From Lama guanicoe (Eukaryota), in assembly GCA_013239625.1 (NCBI GenBank), contig MU054323.1, positions 20,357,082 through 20,421,081 of the forward strand: a DNA stretch of 64,000 nucleotides. Direction: 5' to 3'. The translations under genes and the position numbers were made by a program. The notes beneath the pieces were generated by a model that was not told where the DNA came from, searched no databases, and saw only the letters and a list, made by a program, of their open reading frames with translations. Shown here in pieces: positions 37,051-49,679 of the stretch (position 1 is its first letter; each line of letters begins with the position of its first letter).

Positions 37051-37839
37051 CAAGGAGGCCTCCTCCCAGCCCCCTGAGGGGTGGCTCTGTTCACTGGGGC
37101 ACTTCCTTGTGCAGAGAGCTCCAGTTCTGTGGATGCTCCCCACCTTCCATCTCCCCCACCCCATGTTAGGGTACCAGAGCCCCTCCCTCCCTCCCAGGGC
37201 CATTGCTTCACAGAGGAGGAATTTGAGTGGATTTCAGGCAGCCTTGTGTTTCCTGTAAATCAATGTTGAAAGTGAAGCCCCAGCCCAACGGGGCTGCAAT
37301 TGCAACCAGCTGAGTGCAGCTGGGCGGGCTAATTTGAACATGGATGGAAGGAGTTGTGTGCTCCTCATGGACATAGTCTTTGCTGGGAACGTGCTGGCAA
37401 GTCCTTCTCTAGCACAAAGAGGAGACACTGGCACAGCCGATGGCCCCAGCCGAGCCCCTCTGTTGACCCTGGCTTGAGGCCCACCCTCCTCTCTGCCCTG
37501 ACCACTCTTGCTTTGCCCAGTGGCCTCCTGGATGGGTTTGGCCACGTGGATGTGAGGTTAGATGTGGTGGTGCCAGCTTTGGGAGGGGGAGTAAGGTTCA
37601 GGGGCCTGCTGGGGACAGCCTGTCCTAAGGGGGTTACGTTTTAGACCTTTGAGAAGGAGAGAGGCAAGGATCTAGCCCCCATGTTAGTTCAGACGCTGGC
37701 CCTTGACAGCCATGGCACCCAGAGCCTCCAAAGTCACACACTGACTTCCATGAGCCTGCGTGCCTCTGCCTTTGTGGACCCTTTCCTCTATAAAAGTATA
37801 TTAAAAATTATATCATATGGTTGCTTTGCTATAAAGACT

Positions 37840-38270
37840 ATGGTAGGCAGAGTAATGGGCCCCAAAGATGTCTATGTTCTTCCCAGAACCTGTGAATATG
37901 TTACACTGCAGACACGATTTAAGTTAAGGACCTTGAGATGGGGGATTATTCTGATTATCCAGGTGGGCCCAGTATGATCACAGGGTTTTCATCAGTGGAA
38001 GAGGGGGCAGGAGACTCAGAGTCGAGTGATGCCGTATGAGGATCCAACCCACCATTGCTGACTTGGAAGATGGAGGAAGGGGACTTCGAATCAAGGGGTG
38101 GCAGGCAGCAGCTTCTGGAAACTGGAGGAAGCAATGGGACAGGTTCTCCCTGAGACCTCCCAGAGGAGCACATTCATGATAACACCTTGATTTTAGCCAA
38201 GTGAAATGCATTTTGGACTTCCGACCTCCAGACCTGGAAAAGAATAAATCTTTGTTGCTTTAAGTTGAGG
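37840..38270 (+). mobile_element. MLT1D/C-like solo LTR
   Basis: tggtaggcagagtaatgggccccaaagatgtc...cccagaacctgtgaatatgttac...taagttaaggaccttgagatggggattatt...ggacttccgacctccaga...agaataaatctttgttgctttaag. Confidence 0.85.
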
Positions 38271-38644
38271 CCTTTCCCCTGTTGCAGTCCAACTAGCAGA
38301 TGTGGGCAGCTGTGGCCACCGTGTTCCAGAAGCCTAGAGATGTGTGGTAGCCTGGCCTCTCCACTCCTTCCCCCCTCTTCCTGGTCTGTTCCTGCCCCCA
38401 TAGGTGGGGGCAGGGTGATTGGGATGCTTTTATTTAGTCTTTGCTGAAAAGTGTGGTATCTCTTGGGGCTGAGGTTGTTTGAAGGTAAGCTGTGGAAAAC
38501 GATCTGGCCACACTGCAAGTCGGGTTTTTGCGCCTTCCTGAGGCGGCTCAGGCTGGGGGAGCGGTGCATTTTTCCAGAGATTCAGTCCCTTCAGAGGTGG
38601 CTGGGCCACCCAGCCCACATCTGGGTAGTCAAGGTGATAGCGGG

Positions 38645-38945
38645 GTGTTTGTGTGTGCACGTCTCTCTGTTTACGTGTGTACTCCTGTCTCTGCGTATGT
38701 GTACACACATGCATGCTTGTGCGGGGGATGTGTCGACATACATGCCTGTGTCTGGGACCGTATGCATGTTTGTGCCTGTGCACATGTGTGTTCTTGCTCA
38801 CATGCATGCGTGTGCTTGCTCCCATATGTTTGTGTGTTTGTGTTTGTGTGTTTATGCCTGAGCATGTGTGTTGACCTGCATGTTTGTGCCTGTGCACATG
38901 TGTGTTCACACCTCTGTGTTTGTGTTTTCACACATGTGTGCTCTC
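38645..38945. repeat. Degenerate (TG/CA)-rich simple repeat with internal 30-bp duplication
   Basis: Alternating purine-pyrimidine tracts; gcatgtttgtgcctgtgcacatgtgtgttc occurs near 38764 and 38878. Confidence 0.85.
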
Positions 38946-39379
38946 CAGATGTAGGGCAGGATGTGCATGAGGCATTAGGCGGCTGAGGGCAGCGTCTTAG
39001 GTCTTGACTCAGGTTTCCAAATGGCCCCAGATGTGACCCTTCACCCTCCCTTGTGGCGGTTGAGATCTCTGCCCCCCGAGACCAGAAAACTTTCCTTTGG
39101 AACCCAGTGGGCCTCACTGCCTGGGGAGGGCAAAAAAAAGCTAATAGCAAACAGGATCAATGTCATACTGTGGAGCCTGGAGCCAGCAAGACCTCAGTTA
39201 ATTCCGAAGGAATGTGTGCGGGTTCCCACCCAGCAGAGCAGGCCATGGCCTGAGGGTGCAGAGCACCGGCTGTGGTGGCTGCCTTTGGAGAAGAGAGCTT
39301 GGTTGGCCAGGGACACATCACTGCAGGGACAGACAGTCACACATACTTGTGTGGCTGGAGTGGGTGAAGGGTGAGAGTG

Positions 39380-39800
39380 GCCTGCAGTGCTTGGTAGGGT
39401 AGCATATGGTACAGAGAGGACGATCCTTAGAGACCATGGTCATCGGGGAAAGCTTCTTGGGTAGGGGTTTAACTGGGCTGTGAAAGGTGGGGAGGATTTG
39501 GAGGGAGAGAGGACATTCCAGGAGGAGGGGAAGCATTTACAAAAGATGCAGAGATGGAAAAGTGCAAGGCCTTAATGGAGTAAATTCCTGACACTTGTCC
39601 AGAGGGAGTTTGGGAAGAGAGAAGAGGGAGTCAGAGCAGGAAAGTTAGCTCCTGTCTACTGAGAGGGCTTTGGATGCCAGCCAGAGTTCATCCTTAGGCA
39701 GTGGGGAGCTATTGAAGATTCTTGAGCGGGGAGTGACCTGCTAAAAGTGGAGGTTTTAGGAAGAGAGACTGGCTGGCCAGATGATCAGGTCACATGGTGG
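39380..39800 (-). mobile_element. L2 LINE fragment
   Basis: ggacattccaggaggaggggaagcatttacaaaagatgcagagatgg...taggcagtggggagctattgaagattcttgagcggggagtgac. Confidence 0.65.
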
Positions 39801-40799
39801 GTGGGGATGGAGGCAGGGATGTTTGGGGTGAAGAAGCCTGGGGCTATGAGTGGAGTCAGAGGTGGCAGAACTGAATCCACTTCATGGTTTGTGACTCTTG
39901 AACACCCTTCACGTCTTGTTTCTGTGTTTGGATTCTCCTGTGTCGACCTGGGACAGCTCTTCCCCCACAGGCAGGCAGAGCCAAATGGGCCTGGGAGACA
40001 GAGGCCAAGCCCCAACCCAGCCCCAGGCCCCAGCCCCTCCTTCACCACCCTGCCCATTGTGACTGTGACCCCTACATAAGGCCTCTGGGTGTCTCATCCA
40101 CCAATACCAGAAAGTGGCATCTGTCGCTGGCGGCAGGTGTCACCCCAGGGTGCAGAGGCAGGAGACCAGGGGAGCCCCTGGGCATGAACATGGCCAGTGG
40201 AGATGAGCATGTGAATGCCACTGTGGCCCAGGCTGGGGGTGGACATGAGCATGAGCTCTCTCCAGTCCTTGTGGAGGGTGTGGGACACTGCCCAGCCCAG
40301 ATCTGTGTGTGTGTAACCTAGCATGAGTGTGCACACAGTCTAGCCTGGCATGTAGTGGGTGCCTATGTTTGTTGAGTGAATAAGTGTGAATGTAGGCACA
40401 GCAGTTCCCGGAGGCAGAAAGAACTCCAGAAACAGCAGCTGAAGCTGTCCTCACCAGAGGCACACATCAGCTGGGGTAGGGCTGCCTGGCCTCCTCAGTG
40501 GGTGGACACTGGCTCTGCTGTCCCTACCCTCCACCCCCCACATCCACCCAGTGCAGACTTGATGGTGCATGGTTGGGCTGGGGCCATGACTCCACCCTTT
40601 CCCTCCCCACTGTTCCCCGGCCTCTGCGGGCTGAAACTACAGCCTCTTTCACCCATTCTGAGCCCAGTGCTTCCTGTAATTATGAGGTAAAGCAGTGAGA
40701 ACATCCTGGAAGCTGGCCCTGGCCTGGAGGTGACAGCAGCTCCTTGGGAAGGTCCTGGAGTGACGGGGGGGCAGGAGTCCTCTCTCTTCTCTGGTCTAG

Positions 40800-41650
40800 C
40801 CGAGCCGACACAGGCTTCTCTTCTGGAGATGAAGATGATTTCAGTCTTCAAGAGGCAGAGTCACGAGCTGGTCGGAATTTTTCGAGCTGGGAAAAGTGAA
40901 CCTCTCTGGCAGGCACGATCCCTGTGTGTGGGGGAGCCCGAGGCCCGCTGGCTGAATCACGCAGACCGGGAGCCGGGCTCCTGTGCTCCTGGGTGCCGGC
41001 CTACCTCATGGGCCAGACTGGGGGTGCTCCTAGGCCAGGGTCCCCTGGGCTGATGGCCTGCCCAGCCCCTGGGCCCAAAGGGGGTCTCCAGAGCCAGGTG
41101 TTCTTTCCCAGAGGCATCCTGGTGGGCCCGAGGGAAATGGAGGTGACGCTGGCGTTTGACAGAAGCACTTAGTGTCTTATCAGGCCCAGCCCAGCCTGAG
41201 TTATTAATGCAGGCAGGCCCGAGCAGGCGCGGGGTTGCTGCAGGGAGGAGAGGAGGGTGGGAGGCGTTCTCTCCCTGCCCGCCCCCTTCCTCAGCCTCAT
41301 TCCTGCCCCCCCCCCACCTCTGCTCCTCTCCCTCCCCAGGTGCGCACGGAGGCCAGAGCGCACGGCCCTCGGCCGGCCACTTGGCTCTTTTGGGTTCTAG
41401 CCGCACTGGGGGCTGATGGAGGAACCTGAGCTCCTTGCCTTCATGGGCGCCGCCGCACAGACTGCTCAGGACTCTGCAAAACTCATCATCTGGCCGGTTG
41501 CCGAGTCTCCTTAAATCCACTCTGAGTTGCGTGTTACTTCATCCTCCTGGCACTTTTGAGGGCTGCCTTCCTGTTTGCGGTCGTCTCATCCTGACGTCGG
41601 TCAGCGCCGTGCTGGGCTCCGCCATGTTGGAGCCGGGGGCGAAAGGGGAA
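40800..41650. promoter_or_regulatory. Weak CpG-rich region, candidate distal regulatory element
   Basis: Locally retained CpGs; CRE-like tgacgtcg (~41592) and YY1-type ccgccatgtt (~41619). Confidence 0.5.
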
Positions 41651-42662
41651 ATCAGTCATACCGAGCCTGTCTTGACTGGGAAAATTTGATATTTCATTCA
41701 TCCATCATGGATATTTCGCAGTAGTTTGGTTTTTAAAAAGTATTGCATTGAAGTGTGATTTGTCTTGCCTACTGAGTTCCTTTGGCTTCCCTAACATCTT
41801 GCACCTGAGGGGAATGCAAAGCGAAAAGGATTCCTTGGTCTGGGTCCAGGAATGTCCTGGGATTGGAAGGGGATTGGAATCCTTCCTTTCCGGGAGTCTC
41901 TGGTGGAGTCTGGTGGGTGTCAGTGTGTGAGAGGAGGCAGGGGAAGGAGGGAGAAAAAAACTCCCAGGCTTTAGAGCTTCTGCTAATGTTTCCGTGGAGC
42001 TGAGGGGCCGGGCCGGAGGAGGGGGCCCAGCCCAGGGTTTCGGTGAGCAGGAGAGTGGGCCTTTGCAATGGAACTGGGAGGCCTTGAACGGTGGCAGATG
42101 ACAGAACCTAAGGGGCCATTAAGCCCTCCATCACCCGGGCCCTCAGTGGGGTCTGCTCTACACACGTGCCTCGTGCGAGTGATTTTTTAGTGGGGGAGTA
42201 AAGAGAAGGGCGGATCTTGGGGTTTGAGCCTGTCCATGTGGAAGTGGGGCTGAGAATGTGGGGCATGGATGCCATCTGACCACTGAACTGTTTAGCAGAA
42301 GCCAGTGCCAGGAGGCAAAGCTGTGGGGGGCAACTATGATCGACGGGATTTGGGCCAGTTCCCCGGGAATCTCCAAGGGCAGGCACCTCGGCGTGTGCAT
42401 CTATGACTTGTCAGTTTGAGGATTGCCAGGCCCCTGGCTTGCTGCCCACATTGAGACCTTTGAACGTTTTCTTCCTCATTAACTCCTTCTTCAGAGGGTC
42501 GATGGGAATGGGAGGGGAAGCCACGGGCTGTGGTGAGGGGCCAGGGCAGCTGGTCTGGGGCCTTGGACAGGCATGTGTGCTCTGGTGCAGCCATTCCTGC
42601 CACCTTGGGATCAGGGTGTGCTGGGCCCAGCCTGCATTCTCAGCTCATAAGCCTGCTCAGGC

Positions 42663-42696
42663 TGTGCACGCGCGCACACACACACACACACACACG
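42663..42696. repeat. (CG)n(CA)n alternating purine-pyrimidine microsatellite
   Basis: tgtgcacgcgcgcacacacacacacacacacacgc. Confidence 0.9.
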
Positions 42697-44289
42697 CCTA
42701 GGGCCAGGGTGGTTGTGTGTGAAGAACACCAAGGCTGCCTGACCTCTGCAGTCAACTCCCCTCATCTTGGGCCATCACTCCCTCCTTCTTCTTGGGAGGG
42801 AGTGGAGCCTCCCTTGGACAGGGTCTGGGGAATTAGGAACCACATAGCTCCCAGCACACCAGCTAAATGGAGGTCACTTCTGCTGATCCTGTAAGGGCTG
42901 AAGGTGGATTAACAGTGGAGAATTGTGGGGGCCTGACTCCCATTCTCTCTGGCTGAGGTCTTTGTCTATATTCACCTAAGAAAGCAACCGTACCCTTGAC
43001 CCTGAGGTCTTCCCACTCTTGCTCCAAGTGGGAGCTCCTTCCTGGCTCTGCAGAGGTGGAGGGAGGACCCCCTCTCTCCCTCTACCCTGTAACCACCCTG
43101 CTTGTTGGGATTCAGCCACAAGGTTTACCTCCTGAAGGATGCAAATTTAGGCACATGCTCCATCTCTGATCCACAAATTTCCCATCATTTGTTTATTCTG
43201 GTGTTTCCCTGGTTATAAAACTCATTTACACTAATTGTAGGAAAAATGGAAAACTGGAAAAGCATAAGGTAGAAAAATCTCAGTAGCTTAAACCTGGCAC
43301 TTGGAGATCAACACTGATGCCCACCACGTGTAAGTTCCTGCCGGTTATGCGCACCTTTTACTTGTCACAGCTCTTTCCTGTCCTCATCATGTTCGATCTT
43401 CTTGCACAGCCTTATGAGGGCCCTCAGCAGTCCCTGTTTTCACCTTTTCATAGCTGGGAAGCTGAAGCAGAAAGGTGAGATTTGTCCTGATAGGTACCCT
43501 GCCTTGTCCCACACAGGCCTCCTGAGCATGCTGTCCCACCGGCCCCTCAGATTCTCTCACAAGCCTGAGCTGGGGGCCGTGAGCCCCTCTGCATGGCAGG
43601 CACACTTTCCAGCCCCCCTGCCTGCTGTAGTCTTTCTTGTGTGGCTGGTTTTGAGCTTCACCCACCTCCCTGGCGGACCGCGCATCAAGCCTAAAGGTTC
43701 AGGCGGGAGGGTGCGGGGTTGGGCGGTGGCAAAGGGAAGGGGCAGATTTCAATGGCGTGCCTCCTGGAAACCACATCAAATGTGCAGCTAGGAATTAATA
43801 AATAAATTTGGGAGACAAGTCAATTACCCTCCCTCTGTGCCCCTGTCCCTGGGGGCAAACAGCGGCATGTGGTTCCCAGCCTGAGCACGCCTTCCCGGGG
43901 GCAGGCCCAGCCAGCGCTGCAGCTGGCTTCTGTCAGATTAGCTGGGCGAGACGTGACAGGCCTCTGTCCTCTGGGGAAATGGCTCCCTTCCTGGGAGGCG
44001 GTCAGGACATTCCCAGATTACTCTGTTCCTGCCCTCTCCCTGTGCCCCTCCCTGTCTCACTACCTCATAGGTGTCCAAATCACCCACCCCTGCACCTTCA
44101 TCCCAGACACAGTTAGTCGTAGGCCCCAAGTGCCACCATGAGAGCTGTCACATGAAATTGTGATGCCTTTAAAAGGTGCCCCTGAAATGCATTTACTGAG
44201 GGAGGGCTATCTTGTTAGTCTCTTCCAGACACATTAGCATCATGGTTATTATTTTTAAAAAAAATCAGACTAACTACTTGTTGCCTTAG

Positions 44290-44720
44290 AAAACATTTAT
44301 TTACTCAGCAAATATTTAAATGCTGCTTTGTGCTGCATTGTGGAGATACAGAGAAAAGAGACACACCTTCACCCTCTAGGACCTGACAGTCCTGTGGGGA
44401 AGTCAGACATTGCAGACAATAACTGTACAGGAAACTTTGGGAGGAAAAGTGGGGGGCACCTGGCCCAGGGGGCTTCCCAAGTAGGTGATGCCCAGGTTGC
44501 ATCCTGAGGGATGAGTTGTCATTGAGGTGAGGGGATGGGGAATGCTGTTCCAGATGGTGGAACAGCATTGCAAAGTCTCAGAGGCAGGGGAGGGCCTTGA
44601 GCTGGATCACAGGGTGTGAGCAGGGCAGAGGTAAGAGGAGAGGCCCGAGTCCAGCAGAGGCTAGCTTGTGTGAGGTCTTGAGTTATATTTATCTGTTAAC
44701 AGGGTTTCATGGCAGGGAAG
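44290..44720 (-). mobile_element. L2 LINE 3' end
   Basis: catttatttactcagcaaatatttaaatgc...ggagatacagagaaaagagacac...ggaacagcattgcaaagtctcagaggcagg. Confidence 0.75.
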
Positions 44721-44989
44721 TAGGGGGATATAAACTTCTCTTCTTAAGTCTTTTTGAAGTGATTGGATTATAGGTTCTTATCAACTTTCTGTGTATGTTG
44801 GGTGAGTAGGGTCTTGTTTTTTTCTACTTAGACAACACAACAACACAACTCCATAGAACCCAGTAGACCACAGACAAAAAGCAGTGGTCTTCAAAATATA
44901 AGAGCAGCATGATGGAAAAATGAGTCCCCTCTCTGACATTTGCTGCCACTGAATTTTCTGTGGCTGCATTATATAGGCATGTTCTTTAG

Positions 44990-45135
44990 ATCAGCGATTC
45001 TCAAATTTTAGTATGTATGCGGTGTTTGGGATCAGTCCTGGAGATTCCGACTCAGTGGGGCCCAGCAATATGCATTTTTAGGGGTTTCCGTGGTAAATCA
45101 GATACAACATATTTCAAAAACTTATTCCTAGAGCT
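44990..45135. mobile_element. MER5-like hAT-Charlie MITE
   Basis: cagcgattctcaaatttt...gagattccgactcagtggggcccagcaatatgcattttta. Confidence 0.55.
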
Positions 45136-45182
45136 TGAATTAACAATTTCGTTTTAGGGAATTTGCTTGCAATTCATGAGAC

Positions 45183-45201
45183 TGCCACCAGATGGCAGTG
45201 G
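45183..45201 (+). promoter_or_regulatory. Strong CTCF consensus site
   Basis: tgCCACCAGATGGCAGtgg matches CCASYAGRKGGCRS at every position. Confidence 0.65.
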
Positions 45202-45371
45202 TGCTTTGTGACGGCTAAGCAGAGAGTTTTTTTTTACTTCTGGGAATGGTTGCTGGAGGCACTTCTTTATTGCAAGACTATATAGAAAATAATTATTTTA
45301 TATAATTTCTAAAACTATTGGTAATGAAATATGAAATTTCAGAGCTTAATTTTAAATTTACCTTTCAATAT

Positions 45372-45690
45372 TAGAGCTGAAGTTTCCAATACGGTGGCCA
45401 CTAAGATGTGGTTAGTCTGAACTGAGATGTGCTGAAAGTGTAATAAACACACTGAATTTCAAAGACTAAAAAAAAAAAAAAAAAAAAAAAAAGAAAAGAA
45501 AGGGAATGTAAAATATCTAGTTAATGATTTTTATCATTATTTCACATTGAAATTATAATATTTTGGGTTAAATAAAATCTTATTATTAAAATTAATTTTG
45601 TCATTTCCTTTTACTTTTTAAAAATGCTACAAAGTGTAAAATTGCATTTGTGGGGCATGCTCTATTTCTGTTGGACAGCAGTGCGTTAGA
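45372..45690. mobile_element. MER33/MER3-like hAT-Charlie element with internal poly(A) expansion
   Basis: tccaatacggtggccact...tgaactgagatgtgctgaaagtgtaa...atttctgttggacagcagtg; A run at ~45468-45492. Confidence 0.75.
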
Positions 45691-45749
45691 AATCACCCAA
45701 TTTAATTTCTTAATTTTGCAAAGGGGGAATTAAGGCTTAAAGTTTGATG

Positions 45750-45990
45750 GAAAAGTGCCAGACTTGTAGTCAAAAGACCTCCACTTAAGTTCTAGACTAA
45801 ACACTCACTGCGTGCCCTTGGGCAAGTCGTGTGCCTCCACTTAGCCTCCATTTCATCATCTGTGAAAAGAGGCACAGTAACAACAGCCCTACTCACTTTA
45901 AAAAGAGTTATTTAAAAGTCCTATGTGATAACGTGGCTGAAGGAGCTTGTGTAAACTCTAAAGCATCAGAAAAAGATCAAGCTACTATTG
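45750..45990 (+). mobile_element. MIR SINE
   Basis: ctcactgcgtgcccttgggcaagtc...agcctccatttcatcatctgtgaaa. Confidence 0.7.
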
Positions 45991-46412
45991 TTTTGGTTAC
46001 TGATAACCACTGAAACCCAGATCCTATAGTCTCACAGTTCCTGAAGGCACTCCTGGCACACCCGCAGGTCACTGGATTGGCTACTTCCAGACTCTTAGGA
46101 GTTTACAGCTGAGTGAAGGAGTTGCTACATACTCTTCGGAAACATAAAACGACAATAGAATAGTGATTCAAGTAAGTAACGGGAAGTGCCACAAGGCACA
46201 TATAGTTAATAGCGAGTCATTTTCTTCTCAAAAATTTGTATTTCTTGAGTGGGGATGGTAGGATCGGAAGGTTGTAGTTGGGGAAGAGGCAGTACCAAAC
46301 ATGAATAACATTTTGTCTCTGTTTGCAAAGAAGTTTATCATCTGAGGGGGCAGAAAGGGGACACCAATGATATACCAGCCTCAGGACCTCTAAAGGGAAC
46401 ACTGGTATTAGG

Positions 46413-46935
46413 AATGTGTGGCTGGGGTTGCTAATTCCTCACCAGCTCTCCCTTCTTCTCTTCTTCCTTTCTGTGTAGAATCTGGACTACTTGGAGAGTT
46501 GGCAGTTGGCCCAGCTAAGACACTACGGTTTTCAGCCTCATTTGAAGCTAGGGGTGGCCACATAATGCAGTGCTGGACAATGAGATAGAAGCAGAAGTTG
46601 GATCAGGCTTCCACAAAAGCTCTTTAATAGTGGGGGACATTCAGCCAGTGTGCACATAAGAGCCGTTGATCCTCCCTCTGCCTGGAGGACGGGTGTGATG
46701 GTAGTGACTTCAGCAACCATTTTGTGATCATGCATGTAAAAGTCACACCCTATGTAGCAGAAGAGAAAGCTGCAATGAGCCTGGGACTTGGACAATATCA
46801 TGGGGATGCTAGACTGCCTTGAATTTCCAACCTTTGCTCTTATTATGTGAGAGAAAAATGATCCCTATTTTGTTTAAGCCACTGTTATTTGGGTTTTCTG
46901 TTCTATGCAGCCAACCCAAGTCCTGAATGACACCA
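46413..46935 (+). mobile_element. MLT1J-like solo LTR
   Basis: agctaggggtggccacat...caatgagatagaagcagaagt...tgtttaagccactgttatttgggttttctgttctatgcagcc. Confidence 0.75.
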
Positions 46936-47352
46936 AGCATATTAATGTATATGTCAAGTCTCTTAAGTTCTGTGTGTCTGTGGCAAAGAGACTCTAGGGG
47001 ATTTTCTTGGGGTCTGAGGTCAGAAAGTCATATGAGATGGGAAGGACCACTCTTAAGCACCAACCCAGCAGGCTGGGTGGTGGTGAAGTGTCTTTCCCCG
47101 CTCAGAAGAACGTGGACTGTAGAAGTAATAGGTCTAAAAATTCTAAAGAATGAGAAAACAGGAATACCGCAAGGAGCAACACTTAAGAGAAGTGGGTGTT
47201 CGGGGGCTGACTGGTGCCAGCCCACCTTACTTCTTATCTCCTCTGCATATGGGTCTAGGTGGAACACTAATGGGCAAAATATATTGAGTTGGAACTATTT
47301 CTTTCTTTAAAAAATTGTGGTAAAAACACATAGTATAAAATCAACTGACCTT

Positions 47353-47412
47353 GGGGGAGGGTATAGCTCAGTGGTAGAGCACATGCTTAGCTTGCACGAG
47401 GTCCTGGGTTCA
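47353..47412 (+). mobile_element. vic-1-like SINE, 3'-truncated at the B box
   Basis: gggggagggtatagctcagtggtagagcacatgcttagcttgcacgaggtcctgggttca, then abruptly unrelated sequence. Confidence 0.85.
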
Positions 47413-47414
47413 GT

Positions 47415-47800
47415 ATTAAAACAGCAGTTTATTTCGCATTCATGTTACTTGGTGGCTGTGGTTGGCTAGGCTTTGCCCCACATGTCTTCTCAGACGGGGA
47501 CCCTGACTGCAGGAGCACCCCCAGTGTGGAGCATGCCCTTCTCAGGGCAGGGAAAAGAGTAAGTGGGCTGGTGGAAGCTGGGGTTGGCTCTTAATGCGTC
47601 TGCTTGGACATGGCACATATCGTCTGCGCTCATGTGCCGCTGGCCAAGTCACGTCACATGGTGGCCATATCATTGGAGGGTGGGGCAGGATGTTCCTTAC
47701 ATAGAAGTCGCTGCAAGTCCCATGGCCACAAGCAGGGATGCACCCCCCTCTTTTAGGAAGGAGAGAGAGTTGAGGATAGGAATAGAGCCTGCCACAGGGC
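47415..47800 (-). mobile_element. MLT1-type LTR fragment
   Basis: ttaaaacagcagtttatttcgc...gctcttaatgcgtctgcttgga...tggccaagtcacgtcacatgg. Confidence 0.55.
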
Positions 47801-49679
47801 TAGGCTGCTGCTCCTCCAGTACAAGCTCACGTCAGCACTCCCCTCCTTGCCTAGAGTCCCAGACATCTTGGAGAGAGTGGAGGATTTACCTGCAGAAGCT
47901 GAAAGGACAGCTTGAGTCACTGACCTAGGCTCCGTCTGCAGGGCTGGATGAGCCGTGGGGCCAAGCGCTTGTGAATCAAACCCCGGGGAGAGAAGCTGGG
48001 TGTCTTCTGTTGATCTTGGTGTGAGTAACTCTGTCTTCCTGCTACAGCACTGAAGGTGCCGGACAGAGCTGCCCCCAGACCCGAGGCTTTGTGTCCCTTG
48101 GCGTCCCAGTCACTCCCCTCTCCCAGTGAGTGCAGACAGACATTCACAGATGTCTTTTGCTGCAGGACATGTTTTCCCCAAGTTGATAGGATCAACCTGT
48201 TCTTTACCTCAAACCTGTTTTTAAAAGGACTTTCCTGGGTTTTTTTTCTTTCCTTAATTACAGAATATTTTTATAACATACTTTGAACAGAGTAAACAGA
48301 ACCTAGCAAAACAGTTATTAAAGAGCTATAAAATGGTTTCCTCACACTTGCTGTCTTTTATTTCTTCCTCTTTCAGATGGGTGGGGCTGGGTGGGGTCTA
48401 GGTGGGCAAACCTGGGCGAATGAGCTGTGAATCAGTGAGGGGCCATCTGACAAGGTGCCCGCCTCCACCCTCCATCTGAAGGAGTTGGGGCTCCCCTCCC
48501 CCAGCCCTTCAGGCACATTCTTGCTCAGCCACGTTTGATTAATTTACAGGCTGCAAAGCAGTCAGTTCTCAGGTCCTGGGGCCACGGGGCTGGGCTGATT
48601 TTACAACAGGTGCAGGTGGCCACGCTTGTGGACCTCAGGGGAGTGGGAGGGCCGCTTTCTCGTCACTTCATCTCACCCCCACTTTCAAGATGCCTAGCAT
48701 CCCACCGTTAGAACCCTGGGCCTCTGGGCTGAGCGCTGATGTTGGGGAGGTCCCACATGAAGCCATGAAGACCTCCATATGACTAAGTCCCTTGTGACCA
48801 CCAGAGCCAGGGCTGCAGGAAGGCCCTGGGGACTTTGGGAAATGAGGAGAGGTTCCTGGAAGTGAGACGGGGGCACAGAAAAGGGTGAGGAGAGTGACCC
48901 AGCTGGGAGACCAACCCAGCCACTTGACTCTGGCTGGCTTGGGCCACCCTCCACAGTGACAGCAGAAAAGGGTGCAGCCCAGAATGGGTACAGGGGTGAG
49001 TCGGACTGGCTTGTGTCCCTGGGCAGAGGGAAGACACAAATGGGAGCACCTGGAGGTGGGGGCGTGAGCTGGGTCTCCTTGCTCCTAGCTGGCCCCCTGG
49101 GGAAGGGCAGGTCTGAGGGGTCACACACTGCCCTGACCCCAAAGGATGACCTTGTTGGGGACTGAGTGGTCAAGGAGGAGGACCCTGGCCCCAGGAACAC
49201 TTCCTGCCCTGGCGGAGGCCTGGGCACCTCTGTGTGGGGTATGTGGGTCGGGGTGGGGGTATGGAGGAGGAGAAGAGCTCTTTCCTATTCTCAGTTTGCC
49301 CCTTTTTTTGAACCCTGAGACTGCAGAACTGAAAAAAAGCTCCCCAAGCTTGGAGACACCATCCTGACCATCTCCTATGTGATGTATCATGTGATTTTAT
49401 CAAGGTGGGCACTGGACACCCTCTGCTGTAGCTGTCCCCTGAGCGTAGGTGGCTGATAAACTCATTTACTCTGCAGAGCACATGACTGATAATGGTTAGA
49501 GGTGTGTGTCTTGCCAGGTGGATCTGCCCTTCAATGAGAGAAAAGACTCACTAGAAGCCGGATTGCCAATGGAGGGGAGGAGAGGGAGGTCATTTGATGT
49601 AGGAAGCCTTTCTGCTCACTCCCTTCATGAAGGTAATACTCGTCAGCCCCGATATCAGTGGAATATGCTAGAACTTGCA

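Noticed and set aside
38430..39150. Cys/Val/His/Thr-rich ORFs resembling metal-binding proteins
   Set aside because: They are translations of the degenerate (TG/CA)n repeat.
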